Origin: an uncultured Eubacteriales bacterium
Lineage (GTDB): Bacteria; Bacillota; Clostridia; TANB77; CAG-508
DNA: 64,000 bases
Assembly (NCBI GenBank): GCA_949287075.1
Contig: CASEEU010000012.1
Location: 919-64,918 of the forward strand
Direction: 5' to 3'
Each line of letters opens with the position of its first letter. Position 1 is the stretch's first letter. Positions 31,664-42,632 of this stretch are shown piece by piece. The position numbers and the translations under genes were made by a program. Below the pieces are notes generated by a model. The model saw only the letters and a program-made list of their open reading frames with translations. It had not been told where the DNA came from and made no database searches.

Positions 31664-32461
31664 ATGTATAAAATTATTTTTATTGATATAGATGGAACAT
31701 TAAGAAATGATAGAAAGGAAATAACAGAAAAAACTAAAGAAGCAATACATAAAGTTGTAGAAAAAGGAATGCATGTAGCCATCTGTTCAGGAAGACCAGG
31801 GAAATATGTAGAAGAGGTAAGCAAAGAAGCATTAGCTAGTAGTTATGTGATTGGTTGTAATGGTGGAGAAATCTATGATTATGAAGAAAAGAAAATGATA
31901 TATGTAAATGCTTTAGAAAATGAAGAAGTAATAACATTATGGCATATGGCTGAAAGATATGATGTGCAGCTTATCATGGTTTCTAATGGAAAAAGAATTG
32001 TAAGAAAACAAACAGATGATGAAACAGATATTATTTTAGAAGAATCAATAGAAAATTTTGTAATAGATAATCCAGTTACACAATGTGTTTTTTCAAGTAT
32101 GGAATTGGAAAGTATACAAAGCATTAAAGAAGAAATAAACTTGAAAAATTTAGGAATTGTCAATTTATCAAAATGTTTAATAAATAATGAGCTACCAAAA
32201 GAAAGGCCCTTTTTCCTAGACGTTACTTGTAAGGGTACAAGTAAAGGAGAAGCAATTAAAAAATTGTGTAAATATTTAAAGATAGATTTGAAAGATAGTG
32301 TGGCAATAGGAGATAGCTATAATGATATAACCATGTTTGAAGCTGTAGGACATTCTGTAGCTATGGGAAATGCACCAGAAGATATAAAAAGAATTGTAGA
32401 CGAAGTGACAGATACTAATAATGAAGATGGTGTAGCAAAGTTTTTAGAAAAATTAAATTGA
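31664..32461 (+). CDS. Cof-type HAD-IIB hydrolase
   Basis: DIDGTL, SGR, KG, GDSYND, MGNA, DGVA. Confidence 0.9.
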   Translation: MYKIIFIDIDGTLRNDRKEITEKTKEAIHKVVEKGMHVAICSGRPGKYVEEVSKEALASSYVIGCNGGEIYDYEEKKMIYVNALENEEVITLWHMAERYDVQLIMVSNGKRIVRKQTDDETDIILEESIENFVIDNPVTQCVFSSMELESIQSIKEEINLKNLGIVNLSKCLINNELPKERPFFLDVTCKGTSKGEAIKKLCKYLKIDLKDSVAIGDSYNDITMFEAVGHSVAMGNAPEDIKRIVDEVTDTNNEDGVAKFLEKLN

Positions 32462-32531
32462 GAATATATATAAATTTTACTAAATACAGTAAATCCTTTA
32501 AGGATAAACTAAATAAAAGGAGAGGAATCAT

Positions 32532-33392
32532 ATGTATAAAATGATTTGTTTAGATTTAGATGGTACTGTACTAAATGATTGCAAAGAAATTAGTAAAGAG
32601 AATATAAATCTTATCAGAAGAGCATGTAATGAAAAAGGAATTATATGTGTATTTGCAACTGGTAGACCATTAGAATATGTAAATAAAATATGCAATTCAT
32701 CTGATAGCTTTTTGACTAATTATATAATTGCAAGTAATGGTGCTATTATAAAAGATAATAAAAATAATGAAGTTATTTATAAAGCTTCTATTACAAATGC
32801 ACAATTATTAGACCTTAAGAATATCTTTTCAGAGGAAAATGCAGATTATATGATAGTTTATACAGATACGCAACAAATAATGAGAGAAGCAAGAAACGCT
32901 AAGGCGTTAAAAGATTCAGCAATAATAGTCAATAAAAAAGATTCAGAACTTAAACATATAGAAGATGCAATAAAAAACAATCCTAATCTTTCAAGCTTGC
33001 TATGTATGATAGGAGGAGATACTTCAGTATTAGAAAACATTATTTCCAGATTAAAAGAAATAAAAGGGCTAGAAACACCTGGTATTGGTAATTATTTACA
33101 TAAAACAGAAACATACTCATTTGAGTCTAAATTTATAGATGTCATGAAAAAAGGTTGTAGTAAAAAGAATGCTATATATTTTTTAGCAGATAAATTAAAA
33201 ATAAAAAAAGAGGAAATTATTGTAATGGGAGATGGAAGCAATGATTTGTCAATGTTTGAGTGCGCAGGATTAAAAATAGCAATGGAAAATGCTGATGAAA
33301 AATTAAAAGAGAAGGCAGACTTTATTACAGCAAGTAATAATGATGATGGTGTTGCAAAAGCAATTCAAAAATTTGTATTTAATGAAGCATAA
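32532..33392 (+). CDS. Cof-type HAD-IIB hydrolase
   Basis: DLDGTV, ATGR, GDGSND, DGVA. Confidence 0.9.
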   Translation: MYKMICLDLDGTVLNDCKEISKENINLIRRACNEKGIICVFATGRPLEYVNKICNSSDSFLTNYIIASNGAIIKDNKNNEVIYKASITNAQLLDLKNIFSEENADYMIVYTDTQQIMREARNAKALKDSAIIVNKKDSELKHIEDAIKNNPNLSSLLCMIGGDTSVLENIISRLKEIKGLETPGIGNYLHKTETYSFESKFIDVMKKGCSKKNAIYFLADKLKIKKEEIIVMGDGSNDLSMFECAGLKIAMENADEKLKEKADFITASNNDDGVAKAIQKFVFNEA

Positions 33393-33443
33393 TAAATTTA
33401 AGATTTAAAGAGGTTGCTTTCACAACCTCTTTAACAGTATCAA

Positions 33444-33992
33444 TCATTTTTTATTATAATATTCTTTCAGCCATTTTTTTAAGACTTTGTTATACAAGAA
33501 ATTGACCCATTCGTAATCAACATCCCATATGCAGGTATGCAAGTCACTAAACCAATACTCTACTTCACGGTTTCTGGTACTTTTAGATTTCATTCTAACA
33601 TACAGTTTACCATCTATAAAACATTTGGAAAGGACCTGCCATTTTGCATGTTTGTGATCAATCTGTTCCAAAAAAGCAGAAAGTTGTTTTTCTGAAATGC
33701 TATTTACAATCTGATTTTCATCTCCAAGTCCACAACTGTCACTATCCATATAGTAAATAGTAGAGCAATTTTTTAGATCAGAAGGTATCATAGACTGATT
33801 TCCAAAGGATTCCAATAAGAAAATAGAATCTTTGATTTCAATTAACTTTATTTGTATAGGCTTTGACTTTAGTCTTATAAATGTAGCTAATTCAGCATTT
33901 TTAATAAGTATGATTGAATTTTTTTCACAAATTTGCGTAAAATCTGAAAGTGAATAATTATAACCTCCAATGTTTACACGTCTAATTATCAT
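33444..33992 (-). CDS. Hypothetical protein (stand-alone, opposite strand)
   Basis: AGGAGG RBS before ATG at 33992; hairpin at 33405-33435. Confidence 0.55.
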   Translation of the reverse strand: MIIRRVNIGGYNYSLSDFTQICEKNSIILIKNAELATFIRLKSKPIQIKLIEIKDSIFLLESFGNQSMIPSDLKNCSTIYYMDSDSCGLGDENQIVNSISEKQLSAFLEQIDHKHAKWQVLSKCFIDGKLYVRMKSKSTRNREVEYWFSDLHTCIWDVDYEWVNFLYNKVLKKWLKEYYNKK

Positions 33993-34200
33993 ATTATCCT
34001 CCTTGTCATTTGACATATCTAATCATTTTCCAATAGTTGCATATATATAAACTGTCCATAAATCAGAACAGGATAAATAAGAAAATTTGCATATATTTTA
34101 TCATATTTTTAATAAAATAACAATTAAAAGTAGATTATTTACATATTTTATAGTATTATGGAGAAGGCAGGTTTAAATGTAAACAAAGGAGATGTTTGAT

Positions 34201-34899
34201 ATGAAATTAGTTGTAAAAAATTTAAAGAAAAATTTTGAGAAAAAAGAAGTACTAAAAGATATTAATTTTGAATTTGAAAAAGGAAAAATATATGGTTTAT
34301 TAGGGAGAAATGGAGCAGGAAAGACCACCTTTTTTAATTGCTTAAATGAAGATTTAGATATTGATGCAGGAGAATTTTATATTGAAGACAATAACAATAG
34401 AAGAAAAATGGAAACTGAAGATATAGGATATGTTTTATCAACACCAAATGTTCCAGAATTTTTAACAGCAAGAGAATTTCTAAAGTTCTTCATAGACATT
34501 AATAAAAAAAGAATCAAAGACTTAAAAACAATAGATGAATATTTTGATTTTATGAAAATTGAAGAAGAGGATAGAGATAGATTATTAAAAGATTATTCAC
34601 ATGGTATGAAGAACAAAATGCAAATGCTAGTGAATATTATTGCAAATCCAAATGTATTGTTACTTGATGAACCTTTAACTTCTTTTGATGTAGTCGTTGC
34701 AGAAGAGATGAAACAAATGTTAAGAGAAATAAAGCAAAACCACATTATCATATTTTCAACTCATATTATGGAACTAGCATTAGACCTATGTGATGAAATT
34801 GTTATCTTAAATAAAGGTATTCTAGAAGAGGTTGATAAAAACAATTTGGATAATGAACAATTCAAAAATAAAATCATAGAAGCATTAAAGGAGGAATAG
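34201..34899 (+). CDS. ABC transporter ATP-binding protein
   Basis: GRNGAGKTT, YSHGM, LLLDEP, STH. Confidence 0.9.
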   Translation: MKLVVKNLKKNFEKKEVLKDINFEFEKGKIYGLLGRNGAGKTTFFNCLNEDLDIDAGEFYIEDNNNRRKMETEDIGYVLSTPNVPEFLTAREFLKFFIDINKKRIKDLKTIDEYFDFMKIEEEDRDRLLKDYSHGMKNKMQMLVNIIANPNVLLLDEPLTSFDVVVAEEMKQMLREIKQNHIIIFSTHIMELALDLCDEIVILNKGILEEVDKNNLDNEQFKNKIIEALKEE

Positions 34900-34903
34900 A
34901 AAA

Positions 34904-36481
34904 ATGATAGAAACATTTATAACTTCCTTTAAATTGCAAAATACATATAGAACAAATAGTATTATTTATTCTTTAAAACAATTACCTATTATAAAAAGAA
35001 TATTGCCAAATAGTTTGTACAAAAATAGGGGATTAAAAATATTTGCAAATATCATTAGTATCTTGTGGGAAATAGTTAATGTTTTTATAGGAAAAATTAT
35101 ATATATTTCAGCAATGATATTTATGGCATTATCTTGGTATCATACAAATCAAGCAGATACATTTATACACCTATTTGTATTTCTAACATTTGCAGGAGGC
35201 GTATTAAATACATATATGTTAAATTCTACAAAGGATAAATATTATGCAATCATTTTAATGAATATAAATGCTAGAGAATATGGGTTATCTAATTATTATT
35301 ATCAATTAATAAAATTAGTTGTTGGATCTTTACCATTTACAATACTTTTTGGAATGATAGCAGGTGTTTCATTATGGATTCAAATAGCAATACCATTTTT
35401 TGTAGTAGCAATAAAATTAATTGTAATGAATTATTGTATATATGATTTTAAGAAAACAAATAAAGCATCAAATGAAAATCTACCAACGAAATTTGTCTGG
35501 GGATTTGTAGGAGTATGTTTATTACTTGCTTATGGCTTACCTGCAATTCATATTACAATAAATCAAACTATTTTCTTATGTGTATTTATTGTTGCAATCA
35601 TATTAGGAATATATAGCTTGATAAAAATACATCATTTCAAAGAGTATAGAAAAATGTATAAACAATTATTAACAGAATCAAATGTATATGTGCAAGAAAG
35701 AAATACCGGTACACAAGTGTTGAAAGATACAAGTTTAAAACAAATAGAATTAGATAAAAATTATACAAGTAATAAATCTGGATTTGCATATTTTCACGAT
35801 TTATTTGTAAAAAGACATAGAAAGATATTAACAACAGCTGTAAAAAAACAATCAGTTATTATATTAGTAATATTTATTGCAATGGTTATTGGAATAACTG
35901 TAAATAATGATTTTAAAAGTAAAACAAATGAAATATTGATGGTATATTTACCATACTTTGTATTTATCATGTATTGCATAAACAGGAGTTCATCAGTTAC
36001 ACAAGCAATGTTCATGAATTGCGATCATAGTATGCTAACTTATAGGATATATAGAACACCAAAAGTTATTTTGGGAATATTTAAAGAAAGATTAAAAACC
36101 TTGATAACAATTAATTTGTTACCTGCAACATTAATAGGATTAGGCTTAGTATTATTGCTATATTTATCTGGAGGTACAGATAATCCAATTAATTATGCAA
36201 TTTTATTTGTATCAATTATAGCAATGAGTATATTCTTTTCAGTTCATTATTTGGTAATGTATTATTTATTACAACCATATAATGTGAGTACGGAAATGAA
36301 AAGTAGTACATATAAAGTAGTTCAAGGATTAACGTATATTGTATGTTGGTATATGATACAAATTAGATTACCAATATTTTCTTTTGGTATAGCAACAATT
36401 GTTTTTTGTATAGCATATTGTTTAATTTCATTATTCTTGGCATATAAGTATGCACCTAAAACATTTAAGTTAAGAGTATAA
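34904..36481 (+). CDS. ABC transporter permease-like multi-TM protein
   Basis: About 12 TM segments; follows the ATPase gene directly. Confidence 0.7.
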   Translation: MIETFITSFKLQNTYRTNSIIYSLKQLPIIKRILPNSLYKNRGLKIFANIISILWEIVNVFIGKIIYISAMIFMALSWYHTNQADTFIHLFVFLTFAGGVLNTYMLNSTKDKYYAIILMNINAREYGLSNYYYQLIKLVVGSLPFTILFGMIAGVSLWIQIAIPFFVVAIKLIVMNYCIYDFKKTNKASNENLPTKFVWGFVGVCLLLAYGLPAIHITINQTIFLCVFIVAIILGIYSLIKIHHFKEYRKMYKQLLTESNVYVQERNTGTQVLKDTSLKQIELDKNYTSNKSGFAYFHDLFVKRHRKILTTAVKKQSVIILVIFIAMVIGITVNNDFKSKTNEILMVYLPYFVFIMYCINRSSSVTQAMFMNCDHSMLTYRIYRTPKVILGIFKERLKTLITINLLPATLIGLGLVLLLYLSGGTDNPINYAILFVSIIAMSIFFSVHYLVMYYLLQPYNVSTEMKSSTYKVVQGLTYIVCWYMIQIRLPIFSFGIATIVFCIAYCLISLFLAYKYAPKTFKLRV

Positions 36482-36540
36482 AATTCTATAATATTTATGA
36501 TATTATGACGAAGATAATAAAATTGTGTAGGAGGAAAAAT

Positions 36541-37125
36541 ATGAATATAGGAATAGATATAGATGGAGTATTAACCAATGATGATGATTATACAATGGAT
36601 ACAACTACAAAATATATATTTGAAAATAAATTAGAAGGTTTTGAAGATCCTTATAGATATGAATGTCGCAAATTTAACTGGACCAAAGAAATCTTAGACG
36701 ATTATAGAAAAGAATATTTTTGGAATTATATAGAAAATGAACCTGCAAGAAAATATGCAAGTGAAGTGATAAAAAAACTGAAAGAGGAAGGAAACCATAT
36801 CTATATTATTACTTCAAGACATAATACTACAAAAGATACAGAAGAAGGAGAAAAAACAAGAAAGACTACAAGAAAATGGCTAAAAGAGAATGACATTCCA
36901 TATGACGACTTATATTTCTCACCAGATAAAACAAAAGAAATTGATTCTTTAAAAATTGATATTATGATAGAAGATAGTCCAGAAACCATACCAACATTTG
37001 TCAATCATACACATGTATTTTGCTATGATTGCAGATATAATAGAGATATGAAATTAGATAATATGACAAGAGTATTTAGTTGGTATGATATATATATGAA
37101 AATACAGAAATTTAGAAATATGTAG
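36541..37125 (+). CDS. HAD 5'(3')-deoxyribonucleotidase (NT5C)-like protein
   Basis: IGIDIDGVL, ITSR, K, MIEDS, YN motifs; AGGAGG RBS. Confidence 0.8.
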   Translation: MNIGIDIDGVLTNDDDYTMDTTTKYIFENKLEGFEDPYRYECRKFNWTKEILDDYRKEYFWNYIENEPARKYASEVIKKLKEEGNHIYIITSRHNTTKDTEEGEKTRKTTRKWLKENDIPYDDLYFSPDKTKEIDSLKIDIMIEDSPETIPTFVNHTHVFCYDCRYNRDMKLDNMTRVFSWYDIYMKIQKFRNM

Positions 37126-37146
37126 AAAGAATGGAGTATTATAGAT

Positions 37147-37803
37147 ATGAGAGACCAAGATAAAATTATTATATTTGATTGGGGAGGCGTTATAGAAAGC
37201 CATAAAGAAGGGGAATATTCCATAAATAGAGCTATCATAAATCTTATAAAACATTTTAATAATAAAGAAGATGAAAATACAATTGTAGAAAGATACTATG
37301 CACAATCAATAGAAGAGATAACCTATCATATCTATTTAGAAAATGATAAATGGTTTCAAAAAATAAAGTATGAATTTAATTTAAAATGTACTACAGAAGA
37401 ATTTTATGATTATTACATAAAAGAGTTTGATAAGATTGAATATTACAAAGGTGTCGTAAAATATGCGCACAGTTTAAAAGACAAATGCAAGATTGGAATT
37501 TTATCTAATCTAGGTTCCTTAGATAAACAAAGATTAGATAAACAAGTAGATTTAAAACAATTTGATTATGTATGGCTTTCATTTGAATTAAATTGTAGAA
37601 AACCTAGAGAAAAAATTTATGAGATAGTAGAAAATGATTGTAAAATAAAGCCTAGAAATATCTTATTCATTGATGATAGTAAAGAAAATATAGAAGCAGC
37701 ACAAAAAAGAGGATGGAATACTTGTTTAGCAACAGGACATGAACTAGATAAAATAAAAGAAAATATAAATGATTTTTTTAAGAAAAGATATGATGAGATT
37801 TAA
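37147..37803 (+). CDS. HAD-IA family hydrolase
   Basis: FDWGGV, LSN, RKP, FIDD..EN. Confidence 0.85.
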   Translation: MRDQDKIIIFDWGGVIESHKEGEYSINRAIINLIKHFNNKEDENTIVERYYAQSIEEITYHIYLENDKWFQKIKYEFNLKCTTEEFYDYYIKEFDKIEYYKGVVKYAHSLKDKCKIGILSNLGSLDKQRLDKQVDLKQFDYVWLSFELNCRKPREKIYEIVENDCKIKPRNILFIDDSKENIEAAQKRGWNTCLATGHELDKIKENINDFFKKRYDEI

Positions 37804-37846
37804 GTATAGAGTCTAATAAGATTGTAAAAAACAGGAGGGCAAACTA

Positions 37847-38971
37847 TTGAATGTAATTTTTCTAGATATAGATGGTGTTTTAAATAGTCCAAATTATACC
37901 AAAAGATATAAAGAAATGCAAACAAAAAAAGAAAGAATATATAAAAATATTGATGATAATGCACTTAATTATCTTCAAAAGCTTCAAAATAAATATAATG
38001 CTAAAATCGTTTTAATTTCTACTTGGCGTAAGTGGGGAAAATCTATATCAATAGACAAGTTTAAAAAATCTATCAAAGAGGATCCAATTACAGAAGATGA
38101 AATAACAGAAGATTATGCAAATTTGAGAACATTATATGAAAAATTAAGATTGGAATATGATTTGGATTTAGATGATATGACTGACGATTTGCAAAATAGA
38201 ATGTTAGAAATACAATTATACTTATTACTTCATAAAGAAATAGAAAAATTTGTCATTTTAGATGATGATGATGAAAATTTTACAGAAATGTTTGAAGAAC
38301 AATTTATTCAATGCTGTACAGAAGGAGGTTCATTTGGAAAAAAAGAATTTGAACAAGCTTGTACCAGCTTTGAACAGCAAGAAAGATATATTCCAAAAAC
38401 AGAAGGCTTAAAAGAATTACAAGATTATTTTGATAAATTAACAGAATCTTATAAAGTTAAGGCTGAGTCAGTCTATGCTTCGATTTTAAAAGAAAACTTT
38501 GAAGGCTTTTCATTTGATATATCAGGTACACAATATAAAAGGTTATATTATTATTTACCAGATGAAATCAAAAATCAAGTAGATATAGACTCTTGGAAAA
38601 AAGGAAGAATTATAACCAATAATCAAAGAACATTTGAGCAAGCTGTTATCAGTAATGAAGATTATTTTTCTGGTTTAATGTTATTGGAAGCTGGTTCAGA
38701 TTCTTTACCATTATATAGTATTGTATTAGAACAAATAGAAATAGACGAAAAAGAAGAAATGCAAATGATGCAAGATTTAATTTCTAAACTATCTGAAGAG
38801 CAAAAAATGAAATTATTACAATCAGCTAGACGAAAATATGAAGAACTACAAGAAAATAATCTACATGGCTCTGTAAAGAACATAAGAGAAGTTATTCAAT
38901 ATTTGTTTCATGCAGATATTTCAAAAATACAAATAGAAAAAGAGAGTGACTCAGATAAAGAGTTGTATTAG
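37847..38971 (+). CDS. HAD (Swiss-Army-Knife RNA-repair-like) domain protein with C-terminal extension
   Basis: FLDIDGVLN, ISTWR, FVILDD. Confidence 0.7.
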   Translation: MNVIFLDIDGVLNSPNYTKRYKEMQTKKERIYKNIDDNALNYLQKLQNKYNAKIVLISTWRKWGKSISIDKFKKSIKEDPITEDEITEDYANLRTLYEKLRLEYDLDLDDMTDDLQNRMLEIQLYLLLHKEIEKFVILDDDDENFTEMFEEQFIQCCTEGGSFGKKEFEQACTSFEQQERYIPKTEGLKELQDYFDKLTESYKVKAESVYASILKENFEGFSFDISGTQYKRLYYYLPDEIKNQVDIDSWKKGRIITNNQRTFEQAVISNEDYFSGLMLLEAGSDSLPLYSIVLEQIEIDEKEEMQMMQDLISKLSEEQKMKLLQSARRKYEELQENNLHGSVKNIREVIQYLFHADISKIQIEKESDSDKELY

Positions 38972-38992
38972 ATTAATAGGAGGCTTTTGTAT

Positions 38993-39183
38993 ATGTATGA
39001 TTATGTATTACAATATGGATTTGACAAAGATACAGAACAATTTATCCAAAATATACAGAACTATTTAAAAGAAAATAAAGTTAAAGATGAAGAAAGAAAT
39101 TGGTTACCACATATAACATTTCTGATATTGATACATATAGTGAAGAGTCTAGAATACAAAGATTATATAAATTAAGTTTATAA
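38993..39183 (+). pseudogene. Truncated 2H-phosphoesterase (2'-5' RNA ligase-like) remnant
   Basis: AGGAGG RBS; WLPHIT (first HxT motif), then frame break with no second HxT. Confidence 0.5.
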
Positions 39184-39217
39184 AGAAAAAAGGTGAGAAT
39201 AAAGGAGAGATATAAAA

Positions 39218-39745
39218 TTGAATAAAAATTTAAGCACAGGAATGATAAGAAAATTAACAGAAGAAAACATAGCATTAAAAATTGCTAAAATGAGTGATTT
39301 AGAAGATATTATAGAATTATATAAAGAAAGAATACAATGGTTCAAAGAAAATGAGATTGATCAATGGAGTCGATATTTAAAAAATCATCCTAAAAGTGAA
39401 TTTATAGAAGCAATAGAAAAAGAAAATTATTTTATGCTTATAAAAGATAATCAGATAATTGCAGCTTTTGAACTATCTGAAAAAACTAGTTTTTGGGAAG
39501 ATAAAACTACAAAAGCATATTATGTATATAAATTGGTAACAAAAGTAGGATTTAAAAATTTAGGGGGAATTATTTTTGATATATGTAAAGAATTAGCAAA
39601 ACAAAATGATAAAAATTATTTACGTTTGGAATGTTTAAGTACAAATGAAAAGTTGAATCAGATATATGAAGATTATCATTTTAAATTAATAAGACAAGGT
39701 ATTGGATATTATCCATATAATTTAAGGGAGTGCGAAATAAGATGA
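39218..39745 (+). CDS. GNAT-family acetyltransferase
   Basis: WF....IDQW, LRLECLSTNEKLNQIYE..F. Confidence 0.75.
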   Translation: MNKNLSTGMIRKLTEENIALKIAKMSDLEDIIELYKERIQWFKENEIDQWSRYLKNHPKSEFIEAIEKENYFMLIKDNQIIAAFELSEKTSFWEDKTTKAYYVYKLVTKVGFKNLGGIIFDICKELAKQNDKNYLRLECLSTNEKLNQIYEDYHFKLIRQGIGYYPYNLRECEIR

Positions 39746-40431
39746 GTCAAGTTATCATAGGAATCATAGCAAAACATAAAGAAAATAGACAAACGAAAAT
39801 CGATTCTTTGATTCGTGATGAAGTAAAACAAGCCATATTTGATAATGATGGAATAGCTATTGGAATTTTATCCCCAAATGAGAATATTCTATATACAGGA
39901 AACGATTGGAAAAATTATGAAGAAAAAATAAGAAAAGATGAGATTATTGCTCAATTAAATTTGTGTGATGGTATTATTTTACAAGGTGGAACTACTTGTG
40001 AAGCATATGAAAGTTGGATTGCAAAATATTGTTATGATAATAATATTCCCATACTTGGAATATGTGCAGGACAAAATAATATTGCTAGAGGATTAGGTGG
40101 TACAACTTTTAAAATCAATAATCCAGAAAAACATGATAGAAGTTTTGATAAATATGTACATAGTATAAAGATTGATAAAGACTCAAAATTTTATTCCATT
40201 ATACAAAAGGATAAAATTATGGTAAATTCAAGACATAAGAATTCCATAAAAAATTGTCCAGGATTAAATAAAGTAGCTTTTTGTGAAGATGGATATCCAG
40301 ATGTTATTGAGGATTCTAACAAGAGTTTCTATATAGGTGTAAGATTTCATCCAGAAAGTTTGTATAAAAAAGATGAAAATATGAATAATATTTTTAAAGC
40401 TTTTCTAGAAGCATGTAAAGAAAATAAATAA
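39742..40431 (+). CDS. Peptidase C26 / gamma-glutamyl hydrolase (class I glutamine amidotransferase)
   Basis: LQGG, PILGICAG, VNSRH, FHPE. Confidence 0.85.
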   Translation: MSQVIIGIIAKHKENRQTKIDSLIRDEVKQAIFDNDGIAIGILSPNENILYTGNDWKNYEEKIRKDEIIAQLNLCDGIILQGGTTCEAYESWIAKYCYDNNIPILGICAGQNNIARGLGGTTFKINNPEKHDRSFDKYVHSIKIDKDSKFYSIIQKDKIMVNSRHKNSIKNCPGLNKVAFCEDGYPDVIEDSNKSFYIGVRFHPESLYKKDENMNNIFKAFLEACKENK

Positions 40432-40502
40432 ACTTAATTTAGCAGTAACCAAACAAAACCATAATCCATAAAATATATAAAAATGAAAGGAGACTATATT
40501 TT

Positions 40503-41192
40503 ATGGATTATGAGTTAATGATGAATGGAAATGTCAAAATAGGACAACGAGCACCAGAGTTCGAAGCCAATACAACAATGGGAAAAGTATCCTTAAATAA
40601 TTATGCAGGAAAATGGCTAATTTTATTTTCTCATCCAGGAGATTTTACCCCAGTATGTACAACAGAAATGATAGCTTTTACAAAAGCACATACATATTTT
40701 AAACAATTGAATACAGAATTGTTAGGTTTAAGTGTAGACAGTAATTCTTCACACTTAGCATGGGTATATGATATATACTGCAGAACAGGCATAAAAATAT
40801 CTTTCCCAATCATTGCTGATAGAAACGGAGAAATTGCCAGAAGATATGGGATGATTTCAAATGATATTAGTAACACAGAAACTGTCAGAAATGTTTACAT
40901 TATTGACGATAAAGGAATTATTAGAACTATTTTAATTTATCCAATGAATGTGGGAAGGTTTATACCAGAAATTATCAGAGTTGTGCAGGCATTACAAATG
41001 GCAGATTGTGCACAAGGTTCAACGGCAGCCAATTGGATTCCTAATCAACCAGTCATTGTTTCACCACCAAAAACTTATGAAGAACTTGTAGAACGTGTAA
41101 GTGAGATAGAGAATAATAGAAATGGAATTAGTTGGTACTTGAGTTTTAAAGAACCACCCCAGAATTGTATAAATGATACATGTGATACATAA
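40503..41192 (+). CDS. Peroxiredoxin (Prx6-like)
   Basis: HPGDFTPVCTTE, YP..VGR. Confidence 0.9.
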   Translation: MDYELMMNGNVKIGQRAPEFEANTTMGKVSLNNYAGKWLILFSHPGDFTPVCTTEMIAFTKAHTYFKQLNTELLGLSVDSNSSHLAWVYDIYCRTGIKISFPIIADRNGEIARRYGMISNDISNTETVRNVYIIDDKGIIRTILIYPMNVGRFIPEIIRVVQALQMADCAQGSTAANWIPNQPVIVSPPKTYEELVERVSEIENNRNGISWYLSFKEPPQNCINDTCDT

Positions 41193-41246
41193 CTTTAAGA
41201 AAGTAAGTTTGATAAATTTAAAGTTCTTTGAAAAAATGTGTAATAT

Positions 41247-41345
41247 GCAGTAAAACTTATGAAAGAATCTGCTAATTTTATAACAGATACCAATATGAAT
41301 GAAGGTGTTGCCAAATATTTAAAAGAATATATTCTCCAAAAATAG
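41247..41345 (+). pseudogene. C-terminal remnant of a Cof-type HAD hydrolase
   Basis: AVKLMKESANFITDTNMNEGVAKYLKEYILQK* parallels the ADFITASNNDDGVAK ending of 32532..33392. Confidence 0.65.
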
Positions 41346-41424
41346 AATACAAATAAAAAAATTTCACATAATAATAGTATGAACAAAAAATGATGTTCAT
41401 ATACAAATTTTTGGAGGTAATGAA

Positions 41425-41592
41425 ATGCAAGGAAATCAAAAGATACATTGTACTGTAGGTACTTGTAAATATAATGAAACAAATCAAAACTTATGTAAAT
41501 TACAAGCAATCCAAGTAGAGCCAACTAAAAATTGTAATACAAAACAACCAGAAGAATCTATGTGTTCAAGTTATATTTATGGGAAGGAATAA
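41425..41592 (+). CDS. DUF1540-like small Cys-rich protein (55 aa, not in ORF track)
   Basis: GGAGG RBS; MQGNQKIHCTVGTCKYN...C.LQAIQV...SMCSSY. Confidence 0.8.
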   Translation: MQGNQKIHCTVGTCKYNETNQNLCKLQAIQVEPTKNCNTKQPEESMCSSYIYGKE

Positions 41593-41688
41593 TTTTCTTC
41601 TCATTTTTTCTTGACATATCTGTGATTTAGAAATAAAATAGCCTTAGCAAAATCAATAGGGGAGTATCCCCAAAAAGGAGGAAAAGAT

Positions 41689-42618
41689 ATGTTAGTTACA
41701 ACAAAAGAAATGTTTGAAAAATCAATGAAAGAAGGGTTTGCAGTAGGTGCATTTAACGTAAATAATATGGAAATTGTACAAGCAATCACAGATGCAGCTC
41801 ACGAAACACAATCACCAGTTATATTACAAGCATCAGCAAGCGCTATAAAATATGCAAGAATAGGGTATTTAATGAAAATGGTACAAGCAGCAGTGGAAGA
41901 ATATCCAGAAGTTCCAATTGCCATTCACTTAGATCATGGACCAGACTTCGAAACAGCAAAAATGTGTATTGACAATGGATTTACATCTGTTATGATAGAT
42001 GGTTCAAAATATGATTTTGAAGAAAATATAGCATTGACAAAACAAGTAGTAGATTATGCACATTCTAAAGGTGTAGTCGTTGAAGCTGAACTTGGAAAAT
42101 TAGCAGGCATAGAAGATGATGTCAATGTATCAGCATCAGATGCTATGTATACAGATCCAGCGCAAGCGGAAGAATTTGTAAAAAGAACAGGTTGTGATTC
42201 TTTAGCTATTGCTATAGGAACAAGCCATGGAGCATATAAATTTAAAGGAGAAGCAAAATTAAGATTTGATATTTTAAAAGAAATCAAAGAAAGAATACCA
42301 AATACACCAATTGTATTACATGGTGCTTCTACAGTTATACCAGAATTAGTTGAAATGTGTAATCAATATGGAGGAAATATACCTGGAGCAAAAGGTGTAC
42401 CAGATGAAATGTTACATGAAGCAAGTATATCTGGTGTTTCTAAAATTAATGTAGATACAGATTTAAGATTAGCTATGACAGCAGGAATTAGAAAAGTATT
42501 TGTAGAAGATCCAAGTGCATTTGATCCTAGAAAATACTTAACACCAGCAAGAGATTTAATAAAAGAAACAGTTGCACATAAAATGAGAGATGTATTTGGT
42601 TCAGCTGGTAAAATATAA
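41689..42618 (+). CDS. fba: Class II fructose-1,6-bisphosphate aldolase
   Basis: GAFNVNN, HLDHG, SVMIDGS, EAELG, GTSHGAYK, VLHGAS, KINVDTD. Confidence 0.95.
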   Translation: MLVTTKEMFEKSMKEGFAVGAFNVNNMEIVQAITDAAHETQSPVILQASASAIKYARIGYLMKMVQAAVEEYPEVPIAIHLDHGPDFETAKMCIDNGFTSVMIDGSKYDFEENIALTKQVVDYAHSKGVVVEAELGKLAGIEDDVNVSASDAMYTDPAQAEEFVKRTGCDSLAIAIGTSHGAYKFKGEAKLRFDILKEIKERIPNTPIVLHGASTVIPELVEMCNQYGGNIPGAKGVPDEMLHEASISGVSKINVDTDLRLAMTAGIRKVFVEDPSAFDPRKYLTPARDLIKETVAHKMRDVFGSAGKI

Positions 42619-42632
42619 TGGGAGCGTAAAAT

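Noticed and set aside
23243-41192. Integron-like cassette array
   Set aside because: Genes are co-oriented, but no repeated attC-like intergenic element or integron integrase was seen.
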